From the NCBI RefSeq assembly GCF_009914755.1, contig NC_060929.1: DNA of 64,000 nt; one strand, given 5' to 3'. The position numbers were made by a program, and so were the translations under genes. The notes below the pieces were generated by a model. It had not been told where the DNA came from, made no database searches, and saw only the letters and a program-made list of their open reading frames with translations. This document shows positions 27,711 to 40,150 of this stretch, piece after piece; positions within the stretch are counted from its first letter, which is position 1, and every line of letters begins with the position of its first letter. Origin of the DNA: the human T2T-CHM13v2.0 reference genome, Homo sapiens.

Positions 27711-29800
27711 CTTTACAATAGAAAAAAATGTAGAGAAAAGAGAAGATAGAGAGACAAGGAAGAACCCAGGTGGGGATAGTGTCTGTGGGTTTCCCAGAGA
27801 GGCTGGTTTCCAAGAATATTACTGCTTCTGAGAGTGAAGGAAAGCAAAACTGTAATGGTGGGGATCAAGTGGAGCTGGTGAACATGGCTGGGAGCCCTCA
27901 TCAACTCAAGTCCCTCTACCCCGAGTAAGGGGCCCTTGATGTGTCTGAGGGATGAAGGAAACCCATCCTAGGTTAGATTTAGAAGACCACTGTGGGGCAT
28001 GAGAAGGGAGCTGGCCAAAAAAAAAAAAAAGGCAAAAAGACTACTGAACAACACTGGACGAGGAGTCCATAAGGAATTGCAGATGAAGAATTTGTCACGG
28101 CAGCTTCTGCATAGCACTGTGACTTTCCTCTGAGGTGACATCAGTCCAGATACAGGCCTTGAAGAGGTAAGTTTTGGGACTGGTTTAAGGGTAGAGATTT
28201 GCAGGATCAGGGTGCTGGAAGCATGTAGTGAAATACAGGGAGAGGGCTATTTATTCAATCATACGATAAATATTTTTATCTCCTACATTCCAGGCTCTCA
28301 ATAACTATTTGCTTGAGGAGTCAAGGGTGCTGATGAGGTAGTTTCCAAGTTTGCTGGGATGAATTCCTTTCCTCTAGAGAATGAAGGTCTGAATGGGAGC
28401 GACAAGCAGTTATATGAGTGTAAGGATGGGCGGGATCCTGACTTATAGGAGACTGTGGTTAGAGAGTGGGGTATAAAGTTTAAAATATCAATGATGCAAT
28501 ATATCTTGATGGTGACAAGGTCTTGAAAAGGGTATAGCTATCTTCAATGCAGTGAACGATGTGATAGACATGAGGAAGTCAAAGAACTGTAACAGCAGAC
28601 ATTATATTTGGCCAATCCTTCTGTTCCTTCAATTTGCTTGACACAAAGACTTTCAGGGTCGACTTTTAATCATGAGTAGCCTGCTTCCAGATGAAAAAAG
28701 TGAGGAAGGGGATTCTATAGTCATAGAAAGCAGCTTCATTAGAGGATCAAAATAGAAAAACCCTTTGAGCCAAACTGTCTCAATTATTGCCTTAAAAACA
28801 GTGGAAACAGAAAGCATTTATCACAAGAGAAGTTTTGCTCTATCCTAGGTAGAAGTCTCTCTCGATGGCAGCTTCTCAATATATTCACTAATAGTAGATT
28901 TTTGAATGAGATCAATCTGTGTTTACAATCACAAAATAATTCATTCAACTATGAATTTGAGCACATTGCTTATAAAATGTACACCCAGGCTTTGAATAGT
29001 TATGTGAAGTGTATAACACTTTTGGTATAACTGTGTTCTACATTCTTCTTTTCATGCACACATAGAGGTGAAAAGAACTCTTGATTTGTAGCCAAATAAT
29101 ATTAGCAGTGAACATGCATGTACATGCCTAATTTAGATCTTGGGAATCATCAGACAGCTGGACGAAGGTTATGCTTTTCCCTCTGTCCATTAAAGAATAT
29201 GAATAAATGGTTTTATGGCTTCATAATTCAGAGTGCATTATATCAGTCAGCCTGAAAAATAAAAATGTTGGTAACAATTCGGCTACAGTTACTCTATAGA
29301 GGGAAGTCTCCCCAAGGCAACAATGTATGAAGCTCCTGCTACTAATTACCACCTGTGTTCAACATGCTCATCACGCAAGCCTGAGCCCGATGTGCCACTT
29401 TGAGCTCAGGAGGGCACTGTGATACTGAGCAAAGGGAAGCAGCAACTGAGTTCACAGTGACCAGAATAGAGCATGAGTTTATATCGTATCACAAAAGAGG
29501 ATTGCCTGAAGTGGCTGTTCTGAGGCTGCTGCTGCTCAATGGAGCAATTTAGTAAAGTAGGCAGAATCCATGCTTTTGGCAATACTTACCTCTATGCTGG
29601 ACATGCCAGCTTCTGGACCTTTCTGATGTATGGCCAACAACATGATCTTCCTCTTCTCTGTTTCTACCATCCCTGCTTTAATCATATCATCAGCACACAT
29701 CCAGCCTGCTAGATATTCTTCTAACTGACCTCCTCCTTCTCTCCAGACACTCTATTCATTTTTTAAAAGTATGTATCTAAAAACACTGAACTTATTCTTT

Positions 29801-30272
29801 TGTAAAGCAGAGAATGCTAGCTGTTTCCTAATATCTATCTTCTCCTCCTTTGATGTAACAAACACTTAAGCTGAAGAATACATTTCCCTGCTTGCTTTGT
29901 AGCTAGGTGTGACCATGTGACTAAACTTTGTCCAAGGGGCTATGTAAAGAATTGGTGGGTGCAAGTTCTGGCTCATGGACTTGAAAACAAAAGCACTATT
30001 TCATCCTCTGCCCTGTTCTCCTTTAGTGCTGGCTAGAATGCCGATGTGATGGTGGGGGGCTGCATCAACCATCTGAGATACCTGCTTAAGGTGGCAGAGC
30101 AACAAGGTGGAAGGGGCCTGGGACTCCAGCAATGGGATGCTGCCCTAACAGCTCTGGATTACTTATCCTTGGATTGCTGTGAGGGAGAGGAATAAATTTT
30201 CACATTTTTTAAGACACTATTACTTTGGCCTTTATTTTAACAGTAAGTAAAGGCAATATATTCTGAGGTACC
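29801..30272 (+). mobile_element. MLT1J-like MaLR LTR nested in L2-like sequence
   Basis: 'tgtaaagcagagaatgctagctg...catttccctgcttgctttgtagctaggtgtgaccatgtgactaaac...ggtggcagagcaacaaggtggaaggggcctggg...gagaggaataaattt'. L2-like pyrimidine-rich sequence flanks both sides. Confidence 0.7.
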
Positions 30273-30489
30273 TTGGTTAAAGGTCTTCATTGGCTCCCCA
30301 TTGCTTAAAGATAAGTCCATGCCCCAAATGAGGGCATTTAAGTTTCTTCCAAATCCAGGTTCAGTTCACCTTTTCAGCATAATTCTCTGCCAATAGCCTA
30401 GTCCTGATGGCACCACATCTGTGCTGCTTTCCTGGACTCTGCAATTTTTTCCTGGCAGACTGAATTTTTTCTTCCTCAGTGCTTCCAGA

Positions 30490-30492
<3 letters not shown>

Positions 30493-30527
<35 letters not shown>
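30493..30527. repeat. (GT)n microsatellite, ~17 units
   Basis: Directly visible. Confidence 0.97.
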
Positions 30528-30528
<1 letters not shown>

Positions 30529-31499
30529 CTTGCATTTCCTTATAATTGCTTATAGTATAATTTGAGTTTATCTCCCTCTCTAGAGATTATTCCACTGCAT
30601 CTTATTCACCAGAAGTAGACTCCACCCTAGCCCTCTACCCCTAGTTTTGTCACAGGTGGAGTGAACAGTGGATTAGCAAAATGGACAAAAAACTGAGGAA
30701 TATGTTTTTCTTAAGGAGTGGAACTCTGAATGAAATTGAGTAAAGAGGAATGGAATGAAGGTTTGGAGGCATGTTGCATCATTTTTAATTAAAATGGCTT
30801 TGGTGATGAGGTGGGGGTGCTGAGGGAGGCCAGGAAATCAAACAGCATGTGGCAGATGCCTTTGGTTACTGGATTCAAGCTGGAAAAACAGTCCTTGACA
30901 GGCTGCAGTCATTATTGTGTATTTCTAGAACTTTGAAAGATAAGGAGGAAATCTGCAGACAAGCTCCATAGGGAAGAAAGGACTTGGGCTGGTGGAGTCC
31001 CTGAGAACAGGCATGTCTGGCTTCACTGCATGTGGAGATGTCCTCCAGTGTATCCGACATTGACAGCTGCCCTTTGACATGCAGCTTCCTGCCGTCTCTG
31101 ACTGGCGCAGGTCCACTTGATGCCCAGTGCAAGATATCACAGCCAATGTGTTTAGTTTAATCTGCTTTATATACTGCCCAGCACTTCACCTTAAGCAAAA
31201 GATATCCTCAGTAGTCAACATTTGTGAATGAAGAATGTACCTGTCTTAGCATTTTAAGTTTCTATTGAAAAATTCTCCTTTGCTTACATACATATCCCAA
31301 ACATCTAAGCCTTATGAGAAAGGTCTCTGGAATAGAGTCTTATGAATTCTAGTTATATGAAAGCAGGAGACAAGGGAAAAATTGTACCTATCTAAAGTTA
31401 CAAACTGATTTCGAAAATAAACTTTGACATGAAACCAATGATACAACTTTTGTTCTTGTCCTTTTCTTTTTAAACTTCTGAATAAGCTTAGCACAGTAT

Positions 31500-31760
31500 A
31501 GAAGGCAGAATTTTTCATGAGTGAATTGAAGCTTGTCACATAAACATAGTGACTAAGAATGAGTTCAAGGCCAGATTGTGTGGGCACAGGGCCTTGTTCC
31601 ATTCTATTATAATAGTATACTTAAACATGCTGCACTTCAGTTTCCTCATATGCAACATGGAGACAATATTACTGTCTACCACATAGCCCTCCTGTCAGAA
31701 TTAAATGAGATAAAGATATGAGGGCTTCCTTCAGTGTTGCTGAAAGTACAATAAATATTA
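31500..31760. mobile_element. Two adjacent MIR fragments in opposite orientation
   Basis: Reverse MIR 'gaagcttgtcacataaacatagtgactaagaatgagttcaaggccag' followed by forward MIR 'cttcagtttcctcatatgcaacatggagacaat...gaattaaatgagataa'. Confidence 0.55.
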
Positions 31761-32934
31761 AAGCTACGCATTTTTATTTTATGTAACATTCATTTGTCTA
31801 TTAACACTCCCTTTCTTTGACTTCTTACACAGTCTGAGACAATGAACTGTTTCAAGGATCATATCATATCACAGGGATTGGTGACCTTATAAAAAGAGAA
31901 TGTCAAGCATCCCATATCGTCTTTTGTGGTAAGATAGTATGTGACTTGGGAGAATGCAAGTGCAGGTCTAAGTAATGACTCCAGATGTGGTTTAGAAAAA
32001 TAGTTTCTATTATGTTGGTTTTTGTGAAGGTGTGGACAGGACTGGCATATGGTGGAATTTTGTAGGTAGGTTTTTTTAGGTGGCTAGTGGATAAAATCAT
32101 AAATGTGGTGTGTGGGGGTGGGGAAAGGAATCTTAAAATTAACCCAGACGGCATTTTTTGGCACAAATCTTTATGTTGGCCACCCCTGAGACAGTGTAAG
32201 GGTTTGAAATGGACTTATGCCCAAATTCTTTATGGCATAATTTAAAAGATTTTAAGTAAAATGTGCTGCCACAATGAACACACACTGCTTTATGAATGGC
32301 CTGATTATTGCTGTGGTTCCGCATAGCTAGAACAGACTGGTCTAAACCAGACAAATTCATGCAGAGTCATGAAGTTGTACTTTAAATCTATTCCTCACTT
32401 CCAAATCCACTTTCAACTACATTAATGTGTAGATATTGCAATGAAATATACTGGGTTGTGCACCTTTTAAACAACTCTATGCGTGTCACTATTTAATGTG
32501 GAGCATGAAAGAATCTCTGATTACCAGGCTTCAATGTGCTCTTCCAGCCTGTGTGGCTCTGACTGCAGGAAATAGCAGCTCAATCTTTGAAGCAAAGACT
32601 TTTCCTTTGCCTCTGAGAGTAAATAGCCTGAGAAAGAGAAAGCTTCCTCACTCCAAGGAAGTCTAGATAAATGTGTGATAGGAAGGGAGAGGGCTGTCTG
32701 TTGTGTCTGTCAGAATGACACCTGAAGGAAGGCAGCTGGCTCCTGTGGAGTGATAAGGCGAAGGTTACTGAGGCAAAGATAAAAAGCTCACTTGGTCAAA
32801 ATACATCACAAACGGAAAGATCTCCAACAGGAATTTTTAGCGTTGCACCCCAAGTCTTTCTCTGAACAAAATGACAATCTGTTCTGATTTTTTGAGGGAA
32901 TATAAGAAGCATACTCCGCTAAGTGGAACAAGGG

Positions 32935-32940
<6 letters not shown>

Positions 32941-32976
<36 letters not shown>
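32941..32976. repeat. (AC)18 microsatellite
   Basis: Directly visible. Confidence 0.97.
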
Positions 32977-32978
<2 letters not shown>

Positions 32979-33156
32979 CTGAGAAGCTGGTTTCACTAGC
33001 TGTAGATGGCCGACTCCTTCTCTAATGGAACACTTTAAGAGAATAAGTCATTTCAAAGAAGCAGGATAGACAAGAGAGGATTTTATTGCTTGAAACGGGA
33101 ATTTTATTGCTCCAGACACAAGCATTGTTGTTGTTGGTGGTGGTATTGGAAGTCCT

Positions 33157-33200
33157 GGAGCTCCAGGAATAAAACAACTAGATGCATAGGGCCATGGAAA
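33157..33200 (+). repeat. 44-bp dispersed direct repeat, copy 1
   Basis: ggagctccaggaataaaacaactagatgcatagggccatggaaa, identical to 34157-34200. Confidence 0.97.
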
Positions 33201-33826
33201 ATCTCACTAACTCAATTCTGTGGTTGATGTTTTTCAAACATCTTAAAATCCTTACCTGCTTTTGACAAACAGGCACTTTTCCTTACTGTGAGATATCTCC
33301 TTTCCCTTCACAGTTACCGCCCAACTCCATCCCAATGTTGCCTCCACAGTGATTTTATGAGGTATTATTTTCTACTGTATATATTCCCTGAAAATTTAGT
33401 TTCCCCTACCTGCAAAATACAGTCATATTATCACAGTGACCAGGTTCTTTTCATACTGTAGAACACTCCTTAGGTCCACACATATGGGATTACCTCTCTA
33501 GCACTCCTCTGCACCTCCGTGTACTTTCCCAACCATTATTTATTTATTTATTTATTTTTTAAGACTTACATGGTTCTTGATAATTGCTTTTCCTAAAAGT
33601 TATCTGACAAAATATGTGGTGTAATAAGCAGGTCTTAAAGGGAGACAATTATTACTTCCATCTTTGAAAGAATAAAAAAAAACATTCTCTCTTGCTAGCT
33701 TTTTTGAGATGCCATTTTAACCTCTATATTTTTTCCATTCCTTCCAGCAGCAATCCATAGTGTAGCAGGAATTCCTGAAGAGGCTACTGTTTGACCATTG
33801 CCAATTCAGATCTGTCTTAATGAGCA

Positions 33827-33845
33827 AGGCCACCAGGGGGAGCTC
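33827..33845 (+). promoter_or_regulatory. Candidate CTCF binding site (forward orientation)
   Basis: AGGCCACCAGGGGGAGCTC matches the core consensus TGGCCACCAGGGGGCGCTA at 16/19 positions. Confidence 0.7.
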
Positions 33846-34156
33846 CTTGAGTGAGCGTCTGCGGGATCTCAGGAAAAAGGCAAGGCAAAACATGAAGAGG
33901 GTAGTGTATTTGCAAGACTGACATTCCCTGCCTTCAGGGGCCACAAAGACCACCTTCCCCGCTGGGCAGCTTACTGGGTAGGAAAAGAAACGCCCCACTA
34001 GAAAGAAGGAAATTGTTAGTGTTTAAAAGGAGATGGACAGGAAGCAATGCTTGACTGTTGGATGGCCAGGGGTGGTGGTGGTAAGGAGTTGATTACAGCA
34101 TAGTGGGCATTCTGGTAATTTCTAGGCCTAGATTTTAGGAATCCATTAAAAGTCAG

Positions 34157-34200
34157 GGAGCTCCAGGAATAAAACAACTAGATGCATAGGGCCATGGAAA
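34157..34200 (+). repeat. 44-bp dispersed direct repeat, copy 2
   Basis: Identical to 33157-33200, offset exactly 1000 bp. Confidence 0.97.
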
Positions 34201-37200
34201 CATGAAAACATGGATGAGAGCAGATAGCTTTATGAGGAATGGGGTAGTGGATCAGTACCAGGTGGTGGTCTACTGATGGAGTAAGTAACAGAAGTGAACG
34301 AGGGAAAAGGGGTATTTCTGTTGGCACAAGTGGAGTTTGTTAGAGCAGAGTGCATGAGCAGCTACAATGATACCAATGTAAAAGACTAGATCATTCGTTT
34401 TCGAAATGATGGAGGAAATGGTAAATGTCACAAGATGGAAGAAAAGGAAAAATGCATAGATGAACTTTTCCACAGACTTTTTTGAGCTAGAAAGAAGGAA
34501 TTTGAAGAGACTAGAAGTTCCAGGAATTCTGCTCATAGTGCGTGAGTCAGATTTACTGTTCTGATACCATATTAAAATCCTATCATCTAGGATGACTTGG
34601 GAAAGACTATGCTGCATATTTTGTTTGTACGTACCAATCAAACAATATCTGTACTTCCTGTCACAAAGACAGGGTATTTAGACCTTTAAATATGATATGA
34701 TAACTTTCGATTTCTAGCATGTCTATTAATAATAATTTTCCCCCATATAAGCTATATTTTATTTGGTAAAACAAAAATGAGAAAGAACCAGAGCAAACTA
34801 GAAGGGCTAGCATTTTTCTCCCCCAGTTTGTGGGAGAGAATTCCATCTTAAATGCCACATTTATCTGTAGCTCCACTGTAGTAACACTGGCTGCAATCTC
34901 TCAGAAAGACAGTGAACCATTCCATCAAGCTAAGCAATAGTCTTCCACATAGTGGAGTGACTGGCAGACACATCAATGATGGCTCTAGCTGAAAGTTATG
35001 GTTGGCACAGCTCTGGCACTGCAAACGTTAGGAAGATGCCACCACAATAAACCTTCCATGGCCCCATGAATGAAGCTGCAGTAGTCTGCCCCTGGAACAG
35101 CTGGCTTAAAAGAGTTCTGTGTGCAATAGGCTTTTCTAGACCTGCAGACTGAAGTAAAAGCTGTGTGCAATTAAAAAAATATTTTAAATGTTGTGTTTGT
35201 ATTTTGACACCAATGTTGGGGACACTAGGATAGTTGAGGCACATTACTGACTCCTTTCCAGCATGCTTTCTGAACTGAAAAGGGAGTGAATTCAGAGACT
35301 TGTGGCTTTAGGTGAGTTAGTCCTTTACAAGTATGTTTGATTTTTCTTTCTTTCTTTTTTTTTTTTTTGCCTAACAAGCTATTTCTGAATTCATGAGTAA
35401 AAAAGTTCAGGATCAAAAATGAGCTGAAGGAAGATGAGAATGAGAAAGGAGAGACAGAAAGACAAAAAGAAATAGACAACGAACAGGCAAAGAGAGGGAG
35501 AGACACGGTATCCAAAGGAAAATTTATAGATATGCTTTCAAATGTCAAAATATTTCTTACCTCTTTTAGTTTATTATACTTTATTTAGCAATACCTATCA
35601 CATTAAATTATAACTATACAAATGACAATCCTTTGAGTATCTATGATTAACTTTTCATGTGTTTTTTTCTGCAGAATACAATTACTAAGAATTCTTATAT
35701 ATCTATTTTGAACTATTTAATTTTACATGTAGTTATACAATTACTCCCAATTTCATTTAAGACCCTCAAATAAAGAAACAACAATATATGTTGTGTGTTG
35801 TGTCACAATTCATTGTGCTTTGATGAATGATTGTGAGTGCTTTACCATTTGCATATTACTCAGCTCCTTCATTTTATTGATAGGAAAATAAGCTCAGAGA
35901 GGGTTAAGTTTTGTTTATGAATTTGGCTCAATTATATATTAATTATTAGCTCATGTGTTCATTCTCCACAGACCTTCATATCTTTCATTGCAGTCTTCTC
36001 CCAATTCTTTAATTTCAAGTTAAGACAGAAAAGCTGGAGTCTAGGTGTCACACGGAAGTATTTTGGGGACAACCCCTGCTGAATGAGTTACATTTCCTAT
36101 ACTTGGCGCTAGCCAAGGTCATCTGAGCTTGGGAGGAAAGGTGTAGGGGAGGGGAAGAACAGCTCTTTTGCATTTGTACAGGGTCTACACTCACCTGGTT
36201 CTCCCTTTGGTGCTGTGGGGGATATCAATCAAGACAGGAAGGGACCTGTGGCCTGCTGTCAGTCCAGAATCATGGGAGTTGGTAGCCTCACAGATGTGCT
36301 TATGCTGTAGTGTCTTGGATTCCCTACAGTGAAAGTGGCTGAGGCAGGGTGCAGAGAGTGTCTGAGGATAGCTCCACATCTTCCTCCCTATGGAGAATCT
36401 CATGATATTTGATTGTTTCTTCATTCATTCACTCATTCATTCATTCATTCTACAAGTATCTGTAGAGAATAGATGTCTGAGTAGGACTAAGAATCGGCAG
36501 TGCATGAAAGCCCTCATGGACTGTACTCTAGTGAATCTTCCCAGACATCCAAAGAAGCGCTCACTGCCAGGTAAAGTAGAGGCGGTGGTAAAGGATGGTA
36601 GCTTCTGATGGCATGATGGAACAGCAAGTTGCCAGATGGAGAAAAATCCTCAACATGGATGGCAACAGAGAGGTCATTGATAGGATAGGTTGTGTCTGTA
36701 TATCTCACCAGATGCCAGATAAGAGGAAGTGAGTGCCTCCTGTCCCACTAACTCACATCGCCTTCTATGTGTCCTAACGCTTAGACTAACCCCAGGATGA
36801 AAGAATGGCAGGGGGCAATGAATGAATTTGAGGAGAAACTAGTAAATTTGTAAAATAACTTGGAAATTACTAAAGTAACTGAATTTCTTTTGGAAATGAC
36901 TCAATTACTTTTTTGTGTTTGTGTGTGTGTGTGGAGTATTAGGTGAAATATAAAGAAAGTAACAATCCTGTGTGGTTTTGTTTTGGTGTGTTTTTTTTTG
37001 TGTGTGAATATATTCCTGCCACAGTGACAAAAACAAAAATAAAAAATATATCAAATAACCCTGAAGTGTGGTGAACACCTCTTGTGAGTATCAGGGGCAG
37101 GTATAGGTTTTATATATATATATATATATGTATATATACTTTTCAGGTCTAGAATATCTATATGTCAGGTCTAGTATGTATATATTTTCATAGGAAAAAT

Positions 37201-37598
37201 TTTCCAGAGGAAAAACTACTCGTAAGCTGGAGAGAAGATTTGAACCCAGAAGATCTGTCTGATTTCCAAACTTGAGATTTATCTTTTGGAGGAGAAAGCA
37301 AAACAAAATCTAGTTTTATTAACTGATAATATTAACGATACCAATCCTTTGCACACATGGGCACTCTGGGTGTGTCAATTTAAAGAAAGTATACCTGAAA
37401 AATGAAAGAATGTGCTTCTTGCCAACAGATGCTGCACAATCTTATAGGGTGTCTAGTGCACTCCCTTGGGATAGACTGGGAGAGTTAGGTTTGCAAATAG
37501 AATTTACAATTTTAAAACACCTAATTTAGGTCTATGCTAATAATTTAAAGTTTCTGTATTTGTATTTTTTTTAATAATGTCAATGTTTGAGCTTGTGA

Positions 37599-37983
<385 letters not shown>

Positions 37984-38814
37984 TAGCTCATAATACTGAA
38001 TCCACTTCATTGGAATGAATGTCTTCTGATAAATGTTCTTGACACTACAGTAAATTCCAGCTGAGCCACAGTTATTGTTTTAGGGCTTGAAATGTGGTAT
38101 AGGCCAATTACATTTTTATTTAGGCAGTGCTGTATAAATTCTGAAAGATGATATGCCAATGAAAAAAATATGACTTGTATAGGGAAACTATTGCTCTTAT
38201 TTCCATGTGGTGGTGAGAGTCAATATACATAAACCAGAAGATAACCAGTTAAGAGATATGTGTTTTTAATATGTTAATGTTTTTACTTTTTTTCTCTTGA
38301 GAATATACATCAATGACTCTCATTTCCCATTAATTTGTAGAAGTGTCCTAATGAGAATAGTGGAATCCTCTATCAATTCAAGTTTTCAGAAACACAACAC
38401 TGCCTTTCAATCCATTTTCTTTTCAGTAATATGCTATTGAGACCATAAACTATAAGACAAATGTACAATTATTCAGTTTTACTTGCATTCTTCAATAAAT
38501 TCTTGATATAAAAATTACAAATAATGTTCTTTGAATGAAAAAGTAACTCAAATATTTTGCAGATAGCATTACAAAGTAAATCTTGGCAGAGTCAACATGT
38601 TACCACTTCAAAACATTTTCAAGAGCCTGTACCATGCTTTCTCTAGCAGCTGCCCTACCCACTGCTAGCTCCAAGGCTGCACATCAGAGTCCAGGCTCTG
38701 AGACAGCAATGAGCTCAGAGCTCTGCCAGCACAAGAGCCAGCTCCAGGCATGAGAACCTGTTGGATATGCACTGACTTGGTTGTTCTTCTTGGGGGCGTT
38801 GGTTGAGGATTCCT

Positions 38815-40150
38815 GCTCCAAGATAACCTACTAGATGCAGCCAGGAGGAACATCTCCCATATTATGTAAAGAGACCTAATCTGTGACTCACTGGCATCCA
38901 TGAAAGGGATGCGAAGAATGGAAACAATATGGAAAACATATTTCAGGATATCATCCATGAGAACGTCTCCAACCTAGCTAAAGAAGCCAACATTCAAATT
39001 TGGGAAATGCAGAGAACCCACACAAAATACTTCACAAGAATATCTTCCCCAAGACAGATAATTATCAGATTATCCAAAGTCAAAATGAAAGAAAATGTGT
39101 TAAAAGACTCAGTGGTATGCTGTCTTCAAGAGACCCATCTCACATGCCATGACACCCCTAGGCTCAAAATAAAGGGCTAGAGAAACATCTACCAAGCAAA
39201 CGGAAAACAGAAAAAAAAGCAGGGGTTGTAATTCTAATTTCAGACGAAACGGACTTTAAACCAAAAAAGATCAAAAAAGACAAGGAAGGGCATTACATAA
39301 TGGTAAAGGGTTCAATACAACAAGAAGACCTGTCTTAAATATATGTGTGCTGAACATAGGATCACACAGATTTATTGATATGGTTTGGCTGTGTCCCCAC
39401 CCAAATCTCATCTTGAATTGTAGTTCCCATAATCCCCATGTGTTGTGGGAGGGATCCAGTGGGAGGTAATTCAATCATGGTGTGGGTTTTTCCCATGCTA
39501 TTGTGATAGTGAATAAGATTCATGGGATCTGATGGTTTTATAAAAGGCATTTCCTCTGCACACACTCTGTTGCCTGCCACCATGTAAGACGTGTCTTTGC
39601 TCCTCCTTTGCCTTCCGCCATGATCATGAGGCCTCCCCACCCATGTGGAACTGTGAGTCCGTTAAACCTCCTTTTATTTATAAATTACCCGGTCTTGGGT
39701 ATGTCCTTATAGCAACATGAGAATGGACTAATACATTTGTAAAGCAAGTTATTAGAGACCTTCAAAGAGACTCAGTCTCCCACACAATTATAGTGGGAGA
39801 CTTCAACACCCCATGGACAGTATTAGATAGATTATCAAGGTGGAAAATTAACAAAGATATTCAGAACCTGAAATTAACACTGAACCAAATGGACCTGATA
39901 GATATCTACAGAACTCTCCACCCTAAAACAATAGAATATAGGTTCTTCTCATTGCCACATGGCACATACTCTAAAATAAACCACACAATTGGACATAAAA
40001 CAATCCTCAGCAAATGCAAAAGAACTGAAATAATACCAAACATTAAAATAGTATTCAAGACTAAGAAAATTACTCAAAACCATACAATTACCTGAAAATT
40101 AAACAACCTGCTCCTGAATGACTTTTGGGTAAATAATGAAATTAAGGCAG
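38815..40150 (+). mobile_element. Old primate L1 (L1PA13-16/L1PB-like) with several internal deletions: 5' end, part of ORF1, ORF2 endonuclease
   Basis: ORF1 RRM-like 'ENIFQDIIHEN.SNLA.EANIQI.EMQRT'; ORF2 EN motifs 'CCLQETHL', 'GDFNTP' and 'FFS.PHGTYSKI.H'; interrupted by a THE1 LTR. The 5'-end-like 'caagataacctactagatgcagccaggaggaacatctccc' is a less certain assignment. Confidence 0.88.
39376..39735 (+). mobile_element. THE1 (THE1B-like) solo LTR nested in L1 ORF2
   Basis: 'tgatatggtttggctgtgtccccacccaaatctcatcttgaattgtag...gagaatggactaataca' with 5-bp TSD tttat/tttgt. The L1 sequence resumes seamlessly (agatttat|aaagcaagtt). Confidence 0.95.

Noticed and set aside
28161-28172. Perfect plus-strand donor GAG|GTAAGT
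   Set aside because: An isolated motif in probable old LINE-derived purine-rich sequence, with no convincing acceptor or frame.
33157-34200. 44-bp repeats as CRISPR repeats, LTRs or a TSD around a 956-bp element
   Set aside because: Only two copies, no TG...CA ends, no poly(A) tail or TIRs inside, and longer than a typical TSD. The context is mammalian.
33990-34560. Purine-rich stretch that looks vaguely coding
   Set aside because: No sustained frame or recognisable motif. Probably a very old repeat that I cannot name.
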